This document shows positions 48,118 through 57,046 of a stretch of DNA of 64,000 nucleotides, one piece after another. The stretch covers positions 32,001 through 96,000 of the forward strand of contig JAVKJW010000004.1 of the NCBI GenBank assembly GCA_031458695.1, written 5' to 3'. Position numbers and translations under genes: made by a program. The stretch's first letter is position 1. Each line of letters starts with the position of its first letter. The notes below the pieces were generated by a model. The model searched no databases. It was given only the letters and a program-made list of their open reading frames with translations, and was not told where the DNA came from. The DNA is from Candidatus Thermofontivivens primus (lineage in GTDB: Bacteria > Sysuimicrobiota > Sysuimicrobiia > Sysuimicrobiales > Thermofontiviventaceae).

Positions 48118-48209
48118 GTACCCCGGCAAAAATCTTTGACTTTTGCCGGGGGCCCCTCTTGAAATAACAGGGCCCCAGCAATCTCGACAAGGGATTTTGC
48201 TGGGGTTAC
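48118..48209. repeat. REP doublet (REPIN-like), family A
   Basis: GTACCCCGGCAAAAATCTTTGACTTTTGCCGGGG, a spacer, then inverted GTAACCCCAGCAAAATCCC...; closely similar to 3288-3384. Confidence 0.8.
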
Positions 48210-48238
48210 TCGATCTATCGGGTCGTTGGACCGAGCAA

Positions 48239-48269
48239 GTGGAGGGGCAGGTATGGGGCCTGCCCCTAC
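48239..48269 (-). repeat. GTAG-type REP-like hairpin, family B
   Basis: Minus strand GTAGGGGCAGGCCCCATACCTGCCCCTCCAC. Confidence 0.55.
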
Positions 48270-48297
48270 TGACAAGCTTTCCTGTGCATAGTAGAAT
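48269..48297 (+). promoter_or_regulatory. Possible internal promoter for coxD-coxE-xdhC-mocA
   Basis: CTGACA-17-TAGAAT. Confidence 0.45.
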
Positions 48298-48373
48298 GAT
48301 CCTGGGTGTGCGGAGGGATGACGCTTGAGGATTCCTCCGCTTGTATTGATTTCTAGAAAAAATGGAGGCAGCG

Positions 48374-49345
48374 ATGGCCAACCCAGAGGTTCAACGGATC
48401 CAACAGATGCTCGAAGAGCAGGGCTATATCACCGACAGATCCATCGCCACTTCCATCTACCTGGCGATGCGCCTGGGCAAACCGCTCCTGGTCGAGGGAC
48501 CTGCAGGAGTAGGCAAGACCGAGATCGCCAAGGTGATGGCCTCTGCTCTCAAGACCGATCTGATCCGCCTCCAGTGCTACGAGGGGCTCGACGCCACCAC
48601 GGCGCTCTACGAGTGGAACTACCAGCGACAGCTCCTCTACCTGAAGATGGAGGAGCACTCAGATCGTTCCGTAGAGGAGAAAGAAGCCACGATCTTCAGC
48701 GAGCCCTTCCTCCTCAAGCGACCTCTCCTTCAGGCCATCACCCACCACCGCGCTCCCGTCCTTCTCATCGACGAGCTGGACCGTGCCGACCAAGAGTTCG
48801 AGAGCTTCCTCCTCGAGGTGCTCTCAGACTGGCAGATCACCATCCCGGAGATCGGGACGATCAAAGCCACCCATATCCCCTACGTGGTGATCACGAGCAA
48901 CCGGACCCGGGAGCTTTCTGACGCCTTGCGCAGGCGTTGCCTCTACCTTTGGATCGATTACCCTTCCTTCGAGAAGGAGCTGGCGATCGTGCACACAAAG
49001 GTGCCTGGCCTAGAGGAACGGCTTGCCAGGCAGATCTGCGGGTTCATGCAGATTGTCCGCCGATTGCATCTCGAGAAGGTTCCAGGGATCGCCGAGACGC
49101 TGGATTGGGCAGCCGCCCTTCTTGCGCTCCACCGCGACCACCTGGATCAGGCCACCATCGAGGAAACCCTGGGTGTGATTTTTAAGCACCAAGAGGACGC
49201 CCAGCAGATGAAGAGCAAGTGGCTGGGCCCGGTCCTTCAGGAGCTACGCGCACTGGAGGAAGGAGGCGGGGAATGGAACCAGTCCGCCCTGGTAGAAATT
49301 GGACAGAGACTTGGAGCCAGGCGCTCCTCCACCACGGGGATCTGA
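48374..49345 (+). CDS. coxD: CoxD-like MoxR AAA+ ATPase
   Basis: EGPAGVGKT, RLQCYEGLD, YEWNY, IDELDR and LSDALRRRC motifs. Confidence 0.9.
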   Translation: MANPEVQRIQQMLEEQGYITDRSIATSIYLAMRLGKPLLVEGPAGVGKTEIAKVMASALKTDLIRLQCYEGLDATTALYEWNYQRQLLYLKMEEHSDRSVEEKEATIFSEPFLLKRPLLQAITHHRAPVLLIDELDRADQEFESFLLEVLSDWQITIPEIGTIKATHIPYVVITSNRTRELSDALRRRCLYLWIDYPSFEKELAIVHTKVPGLEERLARQICGFMQIVRRLHLEKVPGIAETLDWAAALLALHRDHLDQATIEETLGVIFKHQEDAQQMKSKWLGPVLQELRALEEGGGEWNQSALVEIGQRLGARRSSTTGI

Positions 49346-50472
49346 TCTCCAACGTCGTCTCCTTCTGCAGGCTCCTTCGGAGCCACGGCCTCTCGATCGG
49401 GCCCAGGGAGGAAGTGGATGCCTTGCGGGCGCTGGAGCTCATCGATGTGGGGGATCGCGAGGAGTTCCGCCTGGCCCTCCGCACGGTGCTCGCCATGAGC
49501 CCTGAGGCGCAACGGGTATTCGACGAGATCTTTGAGAGGTTTTGGGGGCGCCGCTTCGAGGAGGAAGAGAAGACCGAGCATGCGGAAAAAGAACCACAGG
49601 AGGAGCGCGAGGAGCCCGTCGACCTTGACGGGCAGGGGGAGCTCGACCGTATGCTCCTGGACTGGCTCGAGACCGGGGAGGAGACCGAGGGGAAGGAAGC
49701 TATGTACTCCTACAGCCCCCTCGAGGTCCTCTCCCGGAAAGACTTCAGCTCCTTCACTCCCGATGAAGTTGAGGAGATCACCAAGCTCATCCTCCTCCTC
49801 GCCCGCCAGCTGGCCACGCGTATGAGCAGGAGGATGCAGAGGGCCCACCGTAGCCACCTCATGGACCTGCGCAGGACGATGCGCCTGAGCCTGCGCCGCG
49901 GAGGGGAGATCCTGGACCTGAGCTTCAAGCGCCGACGCATCCGCAAGACGAGCATCGTGCTCCTCTGCGACGTGAGCGGCTCCATGGATCTATATAGCCG
50001 GTTCCTGATCCAGTTCGTCTATGCCCTCCAGAACGCGTTAGGGAAGGTGGAGACTTTTGTCTTCAGCACCTCCCTCCACAGGGTGACCGAAGCCCTCAAG
50101 GGGAGGGACTTGCAGGAGGCGCTGGCAGAGGTCTCGCTGCTGGTGCCGGACTGGTCAGGGGGGACAAGGATCGGAGCGTGCTTACAGGCATTCCTGGAGG
50201 AGTACGGCGATCGCCTCCTCAACCGCCACACGGTGGTGGTCATCGCCTCTGACGGCTGGGACACCGGGGATCCGGACCTGCTCCAGGAGGCGATGGCAGC
50301 GTTGAAGCGCCGAGCCGGAAAGATCATCTGGCTCAACCCGCTTCTCGGAAGCCCAGGATACGAACCTATCTGTCTGGGGATGAGCGTTGCCTTACCCTAC
50401 GTGGACATCTTTGCCCCTGCCCACAATCTGGAGAGCCTGAAACAGCTGGCCCGCCACCTGGGAGTGAGTTAG
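49273..50472 (+). CDS. coxE: CoxE-like vWA protein
   Basis: DLRRT, CDVSGSM, WSGGTRIG, SDGWD and IWLNPL motifs; start uncertain. Confidence 0.88.
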   Translation: MEPVRPGRNWTETWSQALLHHGDLISNVVSFCRLLRSHGLSIGPREEVDALRALELIDVGDREEFRLALRTVLAMSPEAQRVFDEIFERFWGRRFEEEEKTEHAEKEPQEEREEPVDLDGQGELDRMLLDWLETGEETEGKEAMYSYSPLEVLSRKDFSSFTPDEVEEITKLILLLARQLATRMSRRMQRAHRSHLMDLRRTMRLSLRRGGEILDLSFKRRRIRKTSIVLLCDVSGSMDLYSRFLIQFVYALQNALGKVETFVFSTSLHRVTEALKGRDLQEALAEVSLLVPDWSGGTRIGACLQAFLEEYGDRLLNRHTVVVIASDGWDTGDPDLLQEAMAALKRRAGKIIWLNPLLGSPGYEPICLGMSVALPYVDIFAPAHNLESLKQLARHLGVS

Positions 50473-50513
50473 GGGAAAGTGAAGTCTCGAATCATAAGGG
50501 GAGTGAAGGGCGG

Positions 50514-51653
50514 ATGAAGGAGTTGCAGGAGATCCTCTCTGCCTGGAGGGATCACCAGGAGGGAGGCGAGGAGACTGCACTGGCCACGATCGTGAAGGTC
50601 TCCGGGTCCACCTACAGGCGCCCCGGGGCCAGGATGCTCCTCACCCGGAGTGGCCGGATGGTGGGATCCATCAGCGGGGGCTGTCTTGAAGGGGACGTCC
50701 TGGAGAAGGCTCGGGAGGTGATGGACTCTGGCCAACCACGCCTCCTGGAGTACGATATGACCGCAGACGATGACCTCGTATGGGGGCTCGGCCTCGGGTG
50801 TAACGGCACGGTCTATGTTTTCCTGGAGCGCGTCCCCACGGGACGCCCCGTTGAGCCCATGGACGCGCTCGCGGAGTGTGTCCACAAGAACAATACGCTT
50901 GTGCTCGCCACGATCTTTAAGGTAGAAGGAACGGAGCGCGCCCGCCCCGGGGAGCGCTTCCTCCTGCGCCACGACGGCTCGTCTATCAGGGATATTGAGG
51001 ATGCGGAGCTGGCGGACTACGTCCTGCGGGATGCCCGCGATGCCCTTGCGAAGGGTCTCTCTCGGGGAGCCACCTATACCTTGGGTTCCGGCACAGTCGA
51101 GGCCTTCATCGAAGTGGTGCAGCCTCCCCTTCCCCTTGTGGTCTGCGGTGCCGGACACGACGCCATCCCCGTGGTTCGCCTGGCCCATGCCTTGGGGTGG
51201 AGAGTGACCGTTGCGGACAGCCGGCCGGCCTATGCCACAAAGGAACGGTTCCCCGAGGCGGAGGAAGTCATCCTCACCCCTCCCGAGGAGGTGGCGCAGC
51301 GGGTCCCCCTCGACCACAGGACCTTCGTGGTGATCATGACCCATAACTACAACCACGACCTCAAGCTCCTACGGGCAATCCTCCCTACGCCCGTGCGCTA
51401 CATTGGGGTCCTCGGCCCAAGGGTACGGACCGAGCGCCTTCTCCGGGAACTCCGGGAGAAAGGCATGGAGATCCCTGAGGACCGCTATGAGAAGATCTAT
51501 AGCCCCGTGGGCCTGAACATTGGCGCCGAAACTCCTGAGGAAATCGCCCTGGCCATCTTGGCGGAGATCCAGGCTGTACGCACAGGCAGGAACGCTGGCT
51601 TCTTAAGGGATCGCACGGGCCGCATCCACGATGAGGTCATCGTCGGATCTTAG
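50514..51653 (+). CDS. xdhC: XdhC/CoxF/CoxI Moco chaperone
   Basis: GSTYRRPGARM, SGGCLE, GLGCNG, GAGHD, MTH and IGAETPEEIA motifs. Confidence 0.9.
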   Translation: MKELQEILSAWRDHQEGGEETALATIVKVSGSTYRRPGARMLLTRSGRMVGSISGGCLEGDVLEKAREVMDSGQPRLLEYDMTADDDLVWGLGLGCNGTVYVFLERVPTGRPVEPMDALAECVHKNNTLVLATIFKVEGTERARPGERFLLRHDGSSIRDIEDAELADYVLRDARDALAKGLSRGATYTLGSGTVEAFIEVVQPPLPLVVCGAGHDAIPVVRLAHALGWRVTVADSRPAYATKERFPEAEEVILTPPEEVAQRVPLDHRTFVVIMTHNYNHDLKLLRAILPTPVRYIGVLGPRVRTERLLRELREKGMEIPEDRYEKIYSPVGLNIGAETPEEIALAILAEIQAVRTGRNAGFLRDRTGRIHDEVIVGS

Positions 51654-51729
51654 GACCATCGAGCCCTCGCGTCGTCACGTCCGCTGAAGGAGCGCAGTGA
51701 GGCAAAGCGCAGGGAAGTGCCGTCCATCG

Positions 51730-52326
51730 ATGATCACCGCGATTGTCCTGGCCGCAGGGGCTTCCACCCGCATGGGAGTTCCGAAGCTCCTTCTCCCCTT
51801 GAAGGGGAAGAGCATCCTCCGGCACGTCACAGAAACAGCGCTCACCTCCACCTGCGACGCCGTTGTGGTCGTCCTAGGAGCTCATGCAGAACAGCTTCGG
51901 GGGGAGGTGGAAGGAACAGGGGCTTCCATCGTGATCAACCCAGACTGGCAAGAGGGGTTAAGCACCTCGATCCGCGCTGGGGTGGAGGCTGCGTCTTCTC
52001 TCTCGGAGGATCTGGAGGCGGTTCTCCTCCTTCTGGCCGATCAGCCGCTAGTGACCGTTGAGACTATCGACAGGTTAATCCAGACCTTCCGGGCAACCGG
52101 AAAGGCGATGATTGCCTCCGCGTATAGCGGGACGATGGGCCCGCCGATCCTGTTCGCGCGACCCCTCTTCATTGAGCTCCTGACCCTTGAGGGGGACAAG
52201 GGTGCAAAAGACGTCCTTGCGCGGTATCCAGAGCAGGTAGTCACCGTCCCCGCCCCTGAGGCAGCAGTGGATATCGACACCATAGAGGATTACCGGAGGG
52301 TCATCGACTCCGGGGAGATCCGATGA
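51730..52326 (+). CDS. mocA: Molybdenum cofactor cytidylyltransferase
   Basis: LAAGASTRMG.PKLLL, LADQP, GDKGA and DIDT.EDY motifs. Confidence 0.85.
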   Translation: MITAIVLAAGASTRMGVPKLLLPLKGKSILRHVTETALTSTCDAVVVVLGAHAEQLRGEVEGTGASIVINPDWQEGLSTSIRAGVEAASSLSEDLEAVLLLLADQPLVTVETIDRLIQTFRATGKAMIASAYSGTMGPPILFARPLFIELLTLEGDKGAKDVLARYPEQVVTVPAPEAAVDIDTIEDYRRVIDSGEIR

Positions 52327-52835
52327 ATTCCTGACAGAGCGCGAGAACAAGCCTCGCATCTCTGAGCGCTTCATCCGAGTCCTGCTGGGTATAGAGCTCT
52401 TCGGCGGGAGCCCCGTCTCCTCATCGCCGCAGAAGCTGACTTCCCGTTCCTCCCGCAGCCGCCTGGAGATGGAAGCCACATGGTCAATCTCCTCGGCCAG
52501 CCTCCCGCAAAACCTGTCCCTGTACTGCTTCAAGAATATCCCGATATCACGGATGCGGGGAACCTCAAGGCCAGCAAAACGTAAAGCCCCCTTAAGCGCC
52601 AGCTCCACAGCCTCTTGGCTCACAACCTGGTCCGCACCCTCCACAACCTTCCTCCGGGCAAACCTTCCCCTGGGCAGCCCCTCAAGGATCACCAGGAGGT
52701 TATGTCGGAGCACGAAGTGGCCTCCTCCCTGACAACGGAGCCGAAGAGCATAACCGAGACGAGGCGATCGGCGAACTTCTCTTTGAGCGCCTCGGGATAC
52801 GCAACGGCGATGACTTTGAGCCTCTCGCTGAGGTT
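52301..52835 (-). pseudogene. Decayed MNT-HEPN module (frameshifted, internally deleted)
   Basis: MNT N-terminus LVSVMLFGSVVREEATSCSDI, then a frameshift to LLVILEGLPRGRFARR, joined directly to the HEPN core SQEAVELALKGALR..G..VPRIRD..REVSFCGDEE, then a second frameshift before EELYTQQD. Confidence 0.75.
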
Positions 52836-53026
52836 CCTCGATGGATGCCCTCTCTTCACAGCTCCCAACGGGATTTCCTCCTTGCTTTTACGCCATTCTG
52901 CCTCCCAACCACCGATTCTTTTTTAGTTCTTGGCTATGCCAAAACTTCTGCATAAGATGAAGCTAGGAGGGACTCATCCTGAAGGCCGAACCAGGCTGAA
53001 AATTCCGCGGACTGAGGGGACGGCGT

Positions 53027-54022
53027 ATGAAGTCCATGATCCTTCAGGCACCGAAGCCAGCAGAGGAGTCGCCCCTTTCCCTCCTGGATCTCCCTGTACC
53101 CCGTCCTGGGCCTGGGGAACTTCTTCTCCACGTCAGCGCCTGTGGCGTTTGTCACACCGACCTCCACACCGTGGAAGGGGAACTTACCCTTCCTAAGCTT
53201 CCTGTAGTTCCCGGCCATCAGGTAGTAGGGAGAGTGGAGGAGGTGGGGAAAGGTGTGCAGACGTTCCGACCTGGTGATCGTGTGGGAGTCCCGTGGCTGT
53301 ATTCCTCCTGTGGCCAGTGTGCGTTCTGCCGCCGGGGAGAGGAGAACCTGTGCGAAAACGCCCAGTTCACCGGGCTCCATGTGAACGGCGGGTATGCAGA
53401 GTATATGATCGCACGCGCCGACTTCGCCTATCATATCCCGGAGCGCTTCTCGGACATTGAGGCAGCCCCCCTCCTATGCGCAGGGATCATCGGCTACCGG
53501 TCCCTGCGCCTCTCTGAGGTGAAGCCAGGCGAACGCCTGGGATTGTTTGGGTTCGGTGCCTCCGCCCACCTTGCGATCCAAGTCGCCAGACACTGGGGAT
53601 GCGAGGTCTTTGTATTCACCCGCAGCGAGGAACACCGGCGTCTGGCGCAAGAGCTCGGGGCAGTATGGGTCGGCGGACCCGATCAGGAACCCCCTGCATC
53701 TTTGGACAGGGCCATCTTGTTTGCTCCTGTCGGGAGCCTCGTCCCTCAGATCCTGCGGGTCCTGCGACGGGGAGGAACTCTCGCCATCAACGCCATCCAC
53801 ATGAGCCCGATCCCTGAACTCCCCTACTCCCTGCTGTATTGGGAGAGAACGATCCGCAGCGTGGCCAACAGCACGCGCCGCGACGCACAGGAGTTCCTCC
53901 AGGTGGCCAGCGAGATCCCGGTGCGGACCACCGTTGAAGAATACTCCCTTGAAGAGGCAAATCGGGTCTTGATGCTTCTCAAGCGTGGCCAGATCCGCGG
54001 TGCCGCCGTTCTCAAAATCTAA
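53027..54022 (+). CDS. Zn-dependent alcohol dehydrogenase family protein
   Basis: CGVCHTD, PGHQ, CGQCAFC..ENLC, APLLCAG and GFGASAH motifs. Confidence 0.9.
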   Translation: MKSMILQAPKPAEESPLSLLDLPVPRPGPGELLLHVSACGVCHTDLHTVEGELTLPKLPVVPGHQVVGRVEEVGKGVQTFRPGDRVGVPWLYSSCGQCAFCRRGEENLCENAQFTGLHVNGGYAEYMIARADFAYHIPERFSDIEAAPLLCAGIIGYRSLRLSEVKPGERLGLFGFGASAHLAIQVARHWGCEVFVFTRSEEHRRLAQELGAVWVGGPDQEPPASLDRAILFAPVGSLVPQILRVLRRGGTLAINAIHMSPIPELPYSLLYWERTIRSVANSTRRDAQEFLQVASEIPVRTTVEEYSLEEANRVLMLLKRGQIRGAAVLKI

Positions 54023-54047
54023 GTCACCTTTTCACTGGTCACTGTTT

Positions 54048-54323
54048 TTACCCTCCCGCCATAGCCGGGATAATGGAAATCTCCGCAACCTCTGGAAGGA
54101 CGGTTTCCAGTTCACTAAGGAGGCGGGCGTCCTGCTCGTTGATGAAGATGTTGACGAAGCGGTGGAGCTTTCCCTCCCCATCGACGAGGCGCTCCCGGAT
54201 CCCTGGAAACCGTTTGTCGAGTGCGTCGATCACCTCAGCGAGGGTTCTTCCCTCTACCTCCACAGTTTTCTCGCCCCCAGTCAACTGCCGGAGGGGAGTA
54301 GGGATGCGTACCTTGACCGCCAT
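54048..54323 (-). CDS. Ubiquitin-like MoaD/ThiS/CysO-type sulfur carrier
   Basis: VRIPTPLR, FVNIFIN and C-terminal IIPAMAGG. Confidence 0.9.
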   Translation of the reverse strand: MAVKVRIPTPLRQLTGGEKTVEVEGRTLAEVIDALDKRFPGIRERLVDGEGKLHRFVNIFINEQDARLLSELETVLPEVAEISIIPAMAGG

Positions 54324-54361
54324 TACCCAACTCCTCCTTTCTTGAAAAAAGGCTTACCGGT

Positions 54362-55630
54362 TCAGCGATCCCCCAACGTCCCTGCCAGATTCCCAGGAAC
54401 GCGTGACAACACCGATTCCTCGAACGCACGCAGGGAAGGTGGAATCCGGATTGGTGCTTCTACAACTCCTTCGACTGCCTCAAGGGTCTTCAGGCCCATC
54501 CCTGTGATGTAGGCGACGACAACCTCCTCAGGATCGATCAATCCTTGGGAGGCAAGCCTCCTCAGAACCGCCACCGTCACGCCGCCCGCGGTCTCCGTGA
54601 AGATCCCTTCCGTCTCAGCGAGCAGCCGGATCCCCTCCACGATCTCCTCCTCCCCCGCCATCTCGACGATCCCACCTGTCTTCCGCACAATGGAAAGGAC
54701 GTACACCCCGTCGGCAGGGTTTCCAATGGCCAGGGATTTGGCAATGGTGCTGGGGCGCACCGGCATCACGGTATCGGCATGCGCGGCAAATGCCCGCGCC
54801 ACAGGCGCACATCCCTCCGGCTGGGCCCCGTGGAACCGAATGGGATGGGGCGGGATGAGCCCCAGTCCCGTCAATTCCTCGAACCCCTTGTGGATCTTCA
54901 CCAGGAGATTGCCAGAAGCCACCGGAACGATCACATGATCAGGAGCCCTCCATCCGAGCTGCTCGGCAACCTCGAACGCCAGGGTCTTTGCCCCCTCCGA
55001 GTAATACGGGCGAAGGTTTACGTTGACAAAAGCCCAGCGGTACTCCTCAGCAAGCTCCGCGCAGAGGCGGTTGACGTCATCGTACGTCCCCTCCACCTCC
55101 ACGACCACCGGCCGGTAAATCCCTGTGGTGAGCATCTTGGGGCGCTCGAGCCCAGAAGGGACGAAGATGAACGCCTTCATCCCACCCCTGGCTGCATGGG
55201 CTGCCACGGCATTCGCGAGGTTGCCCGTGGAAGCGCAGGCGACCGCCTCAAATCCGAAGGTCCTCGCCTTTGTCACGGCAACGGAGACGACGCGGTCTTT
55301 GAAGGAGTGCGTAGGGTTTGTGGTATCGCACTTGAGATAGAGATGTTCCATCCCAAGAAGCTTTCCCAGGCGAGGAGCGTGCAGGAGGGGAGTGTACCCT
55401 ACCCCGAGGTCCACGGGTTCCTCGTCCTCCTCAAGGGGCAAGAGCTCGCGGTACCGGTACATGGAGGGAGGACGCATGGCGATGCGCTCTGGATGTAACC
55501 TCTCCCGGATCGCCGTATAATCGTAGGAAACCTCCAGAGGGCCGAAGCAGCGCTCGCACACGTACCGAGGCTCTAAGGGATAGCGCGCCCGGCACTCCCG
55601 GCAAACCAGGTCCCTCGCGTACCCCATCAT
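54362..55630 (-). CDS. Second threonine-synthase-like PLP enzyme with N-terminal Zn ribbon (putative sulfur-carrier-dependent synthase)
   Basis: CREC..CERC..GPL, NPTHSFKDR, CASTGNLANAVAAH, NVNLRPYYSEGAKT and ITGMGLKT motifs. Confidence 0.85.
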   Translation of the reverse strand: MMGYARDLVCRECRARYPLEPRYVCERCFGPLEVSYDYTAIRERLHPERIAMRPPSMYRYRELLPLEEDEEPVDLGVGYTPLLHAPRLGKLLGMEHLYLKCDTTNPTHSFKDRVVSVAVTKARTFGFEAVACASTGNLANAVAAHAARGGMKAFIFVPSGLERPKMLTTGIYRPVVVEVEGTYDDVNRLCAELAEEYRWAFVNVNLRPYYSEGAKTLAFEVAEQLGWRAPDHVIVPVASGNLLVKIHKGFEELTGLGLIPPHPIRFHGAQPEGCAPVARAFAAHADTVMPVRPSTIAKSLAIGNPADGVYVLSIVRKTGGIVEMAGEEEIVEGIRLLAETEGIFTETAGGVTVAVLRRLASQGLIDPEEVVVAYITGMGLKTLEAVEGVVEAPIRIPPSLRAFEESVLSRVPGNLAGTLGDR

Positions 55631-55736
55631 CCTCACCTCCTGTGATCCCTCAGGATACCTCAGCAACTTCGCTTCGCTCTGTGGCCCCTCTCTATCAGAG
55701 GCCATACGACGACACTGTCCACGAAGCCCCTCGCTG

Positions 55737-55770
55737 ACCCTTTAAAAGTCTTTTGGCTTTTGCCGCGGCC
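55737..55770 (+). repeat. Degenerate REP-like element, family A
   Basis: AAAAGTCTTTTGGCTTTTGCCGCGGCC core. Confidence 0.45.
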
Positions 55771-55819
55771 CTTTCTTTGGTCCCTCGCAAATCTTGCCCA
55801 GAGATCACGCTCGCGCTCC

Positions 55820-57046
55820 TCACACTCGATCGATCTGATCAAGGTTGAACGCCCGGTGGACTGCCCTCACCGCACGCTCCACATCCTTCTCATCGATGAT
55901 GCACGAGACCTTGATCTCTGAAGTGCTGATGAGCTGGATGTTGATTCCCTCCTGGGCAAGGGCGCCAAACATCTTCGCCGCCACACCTGGATTGGTGACC
56001 ATTCCCGCGCCGACAATGGAGATCTTGGCCACGCCCCCCTCCCACATGACGCCGCTGGCCCCGATCTCCCGGGCGACTTCCTGCGCAACCTCGGCGGCAG
56101 CCTCTCCGTCTGTCGCCGCCACCGTGAAGGAGATGTCCGTCACTCCCTCGCGGCTCGCGCTCTGCACGATCATGTCCACGTTGATATGCTTGGCGGCAAT
56201 GGCAGAGAAGAGCCTGTGAGCGATGCCCGGGACATCCGGGACATCCGTGATGGTGATCTTGGCGACGTTGCGATCATGCGCGACTGCAGTAACGACCCGT
56301 ACCTTCTCCATTGCGGTAACCTCCCCTATCCTCGTTCCTTCGGCTTCGCTGAACGTGGACCGGATATGCAGGGGCACGTTGTACTGTTTGGCATACTCGG
56401 CAGCCCTCGTCTGCAACACCACCGCGCCACTGCTGGCCATCTCCAGGATCTCGTCGAACGAGACGAAATCCAGCTTCTTGGCCTCCGGCACGATCCTGGG
56501 GTCAGCGGTGTAGACTCCCTCCACGTCGGTGTAGATCTCGCATGCCTGTGCATCGAGCGCAGACGCCAGGGCTACCGCCGTCACGTCGGAGCCTCCGCGC
56601 CCCAGGGTGGTGATCTCGTTATCCGGAGTTACCCCTTGGAAGCCTGCCACAATCACAATGTTCCCCCTTGCGAGCTCCCGGTGGATGCGCTCCCGGTCCA
56701 CCTCCAGGATGCGCGCCTTGGTATGAACCCCGTCAGTGAGGATGCGGACCTGGGCGCCGGTGAGGGAGATGGCTGAGTGGCCGATGGCATGGATGGCCAT
56801 GGCCAGGAGGGCAATGGAGATTTGCTCTCCCGTCGCAAGGAGCATATCCATCTCTCGTGCGGGAGGCCGCTCGTTGACCTGCTTGGCGAGCTCAATGAGA
56901 TGGTCCGTCGTGTCTCCAGGGGCGGAGACGACGACTACGACGTCGTTCCCTGCAACTTTCGTGTTCACTACCCTGCGGGCCACGTGCTTAATCCGCTCAG
57001 GGGTGGCTACTGAAGTTCCTCCGTATTTTTGAACAATCAGGCCCAT
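55820..57046 (-). CDS. lysC: Aspartate kinase
   Basis: VQKYGGTSV, TTLGRGGSD, YTDVEGVYTADP, two ACT domains, STSEIKVS. Confidence 0.95.
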   Translation of the reverse strand: MGLIVQKYGGTSVATPERIKHVARRVVNTKVAGNDVVVVVSAPGDTTDHLIELAKQVNERPPAREMDMLLATGEQISIALLAMAIHAIGHSAISLTGAQVRILTDGVHTKARILEVDRERIHRELARGNIVIVAGFQGVTPDNEITTLGRGGSDVTAVALASALDAQACEIYTDVEGVYTADPRIVPEAKKLDFVSFDEILEMASSGAVVLQTRAAEYAKQYNVPLHIRSTFSEAEGTRIGEVTAMEKVRVVTAVAHDRNVAKITITDVPDVPGIAHRLFSAIAAKHINVDMIVQSASREGVTDISFTVAATDGEAAAEVAQEVAREIGASGVMWEGGVAKISIVGAGMVTNPGVAAKMFGALAQEGINIQLISTSEIKVSCIIDEKDVERAVRAVHRAFNLDQIDRV

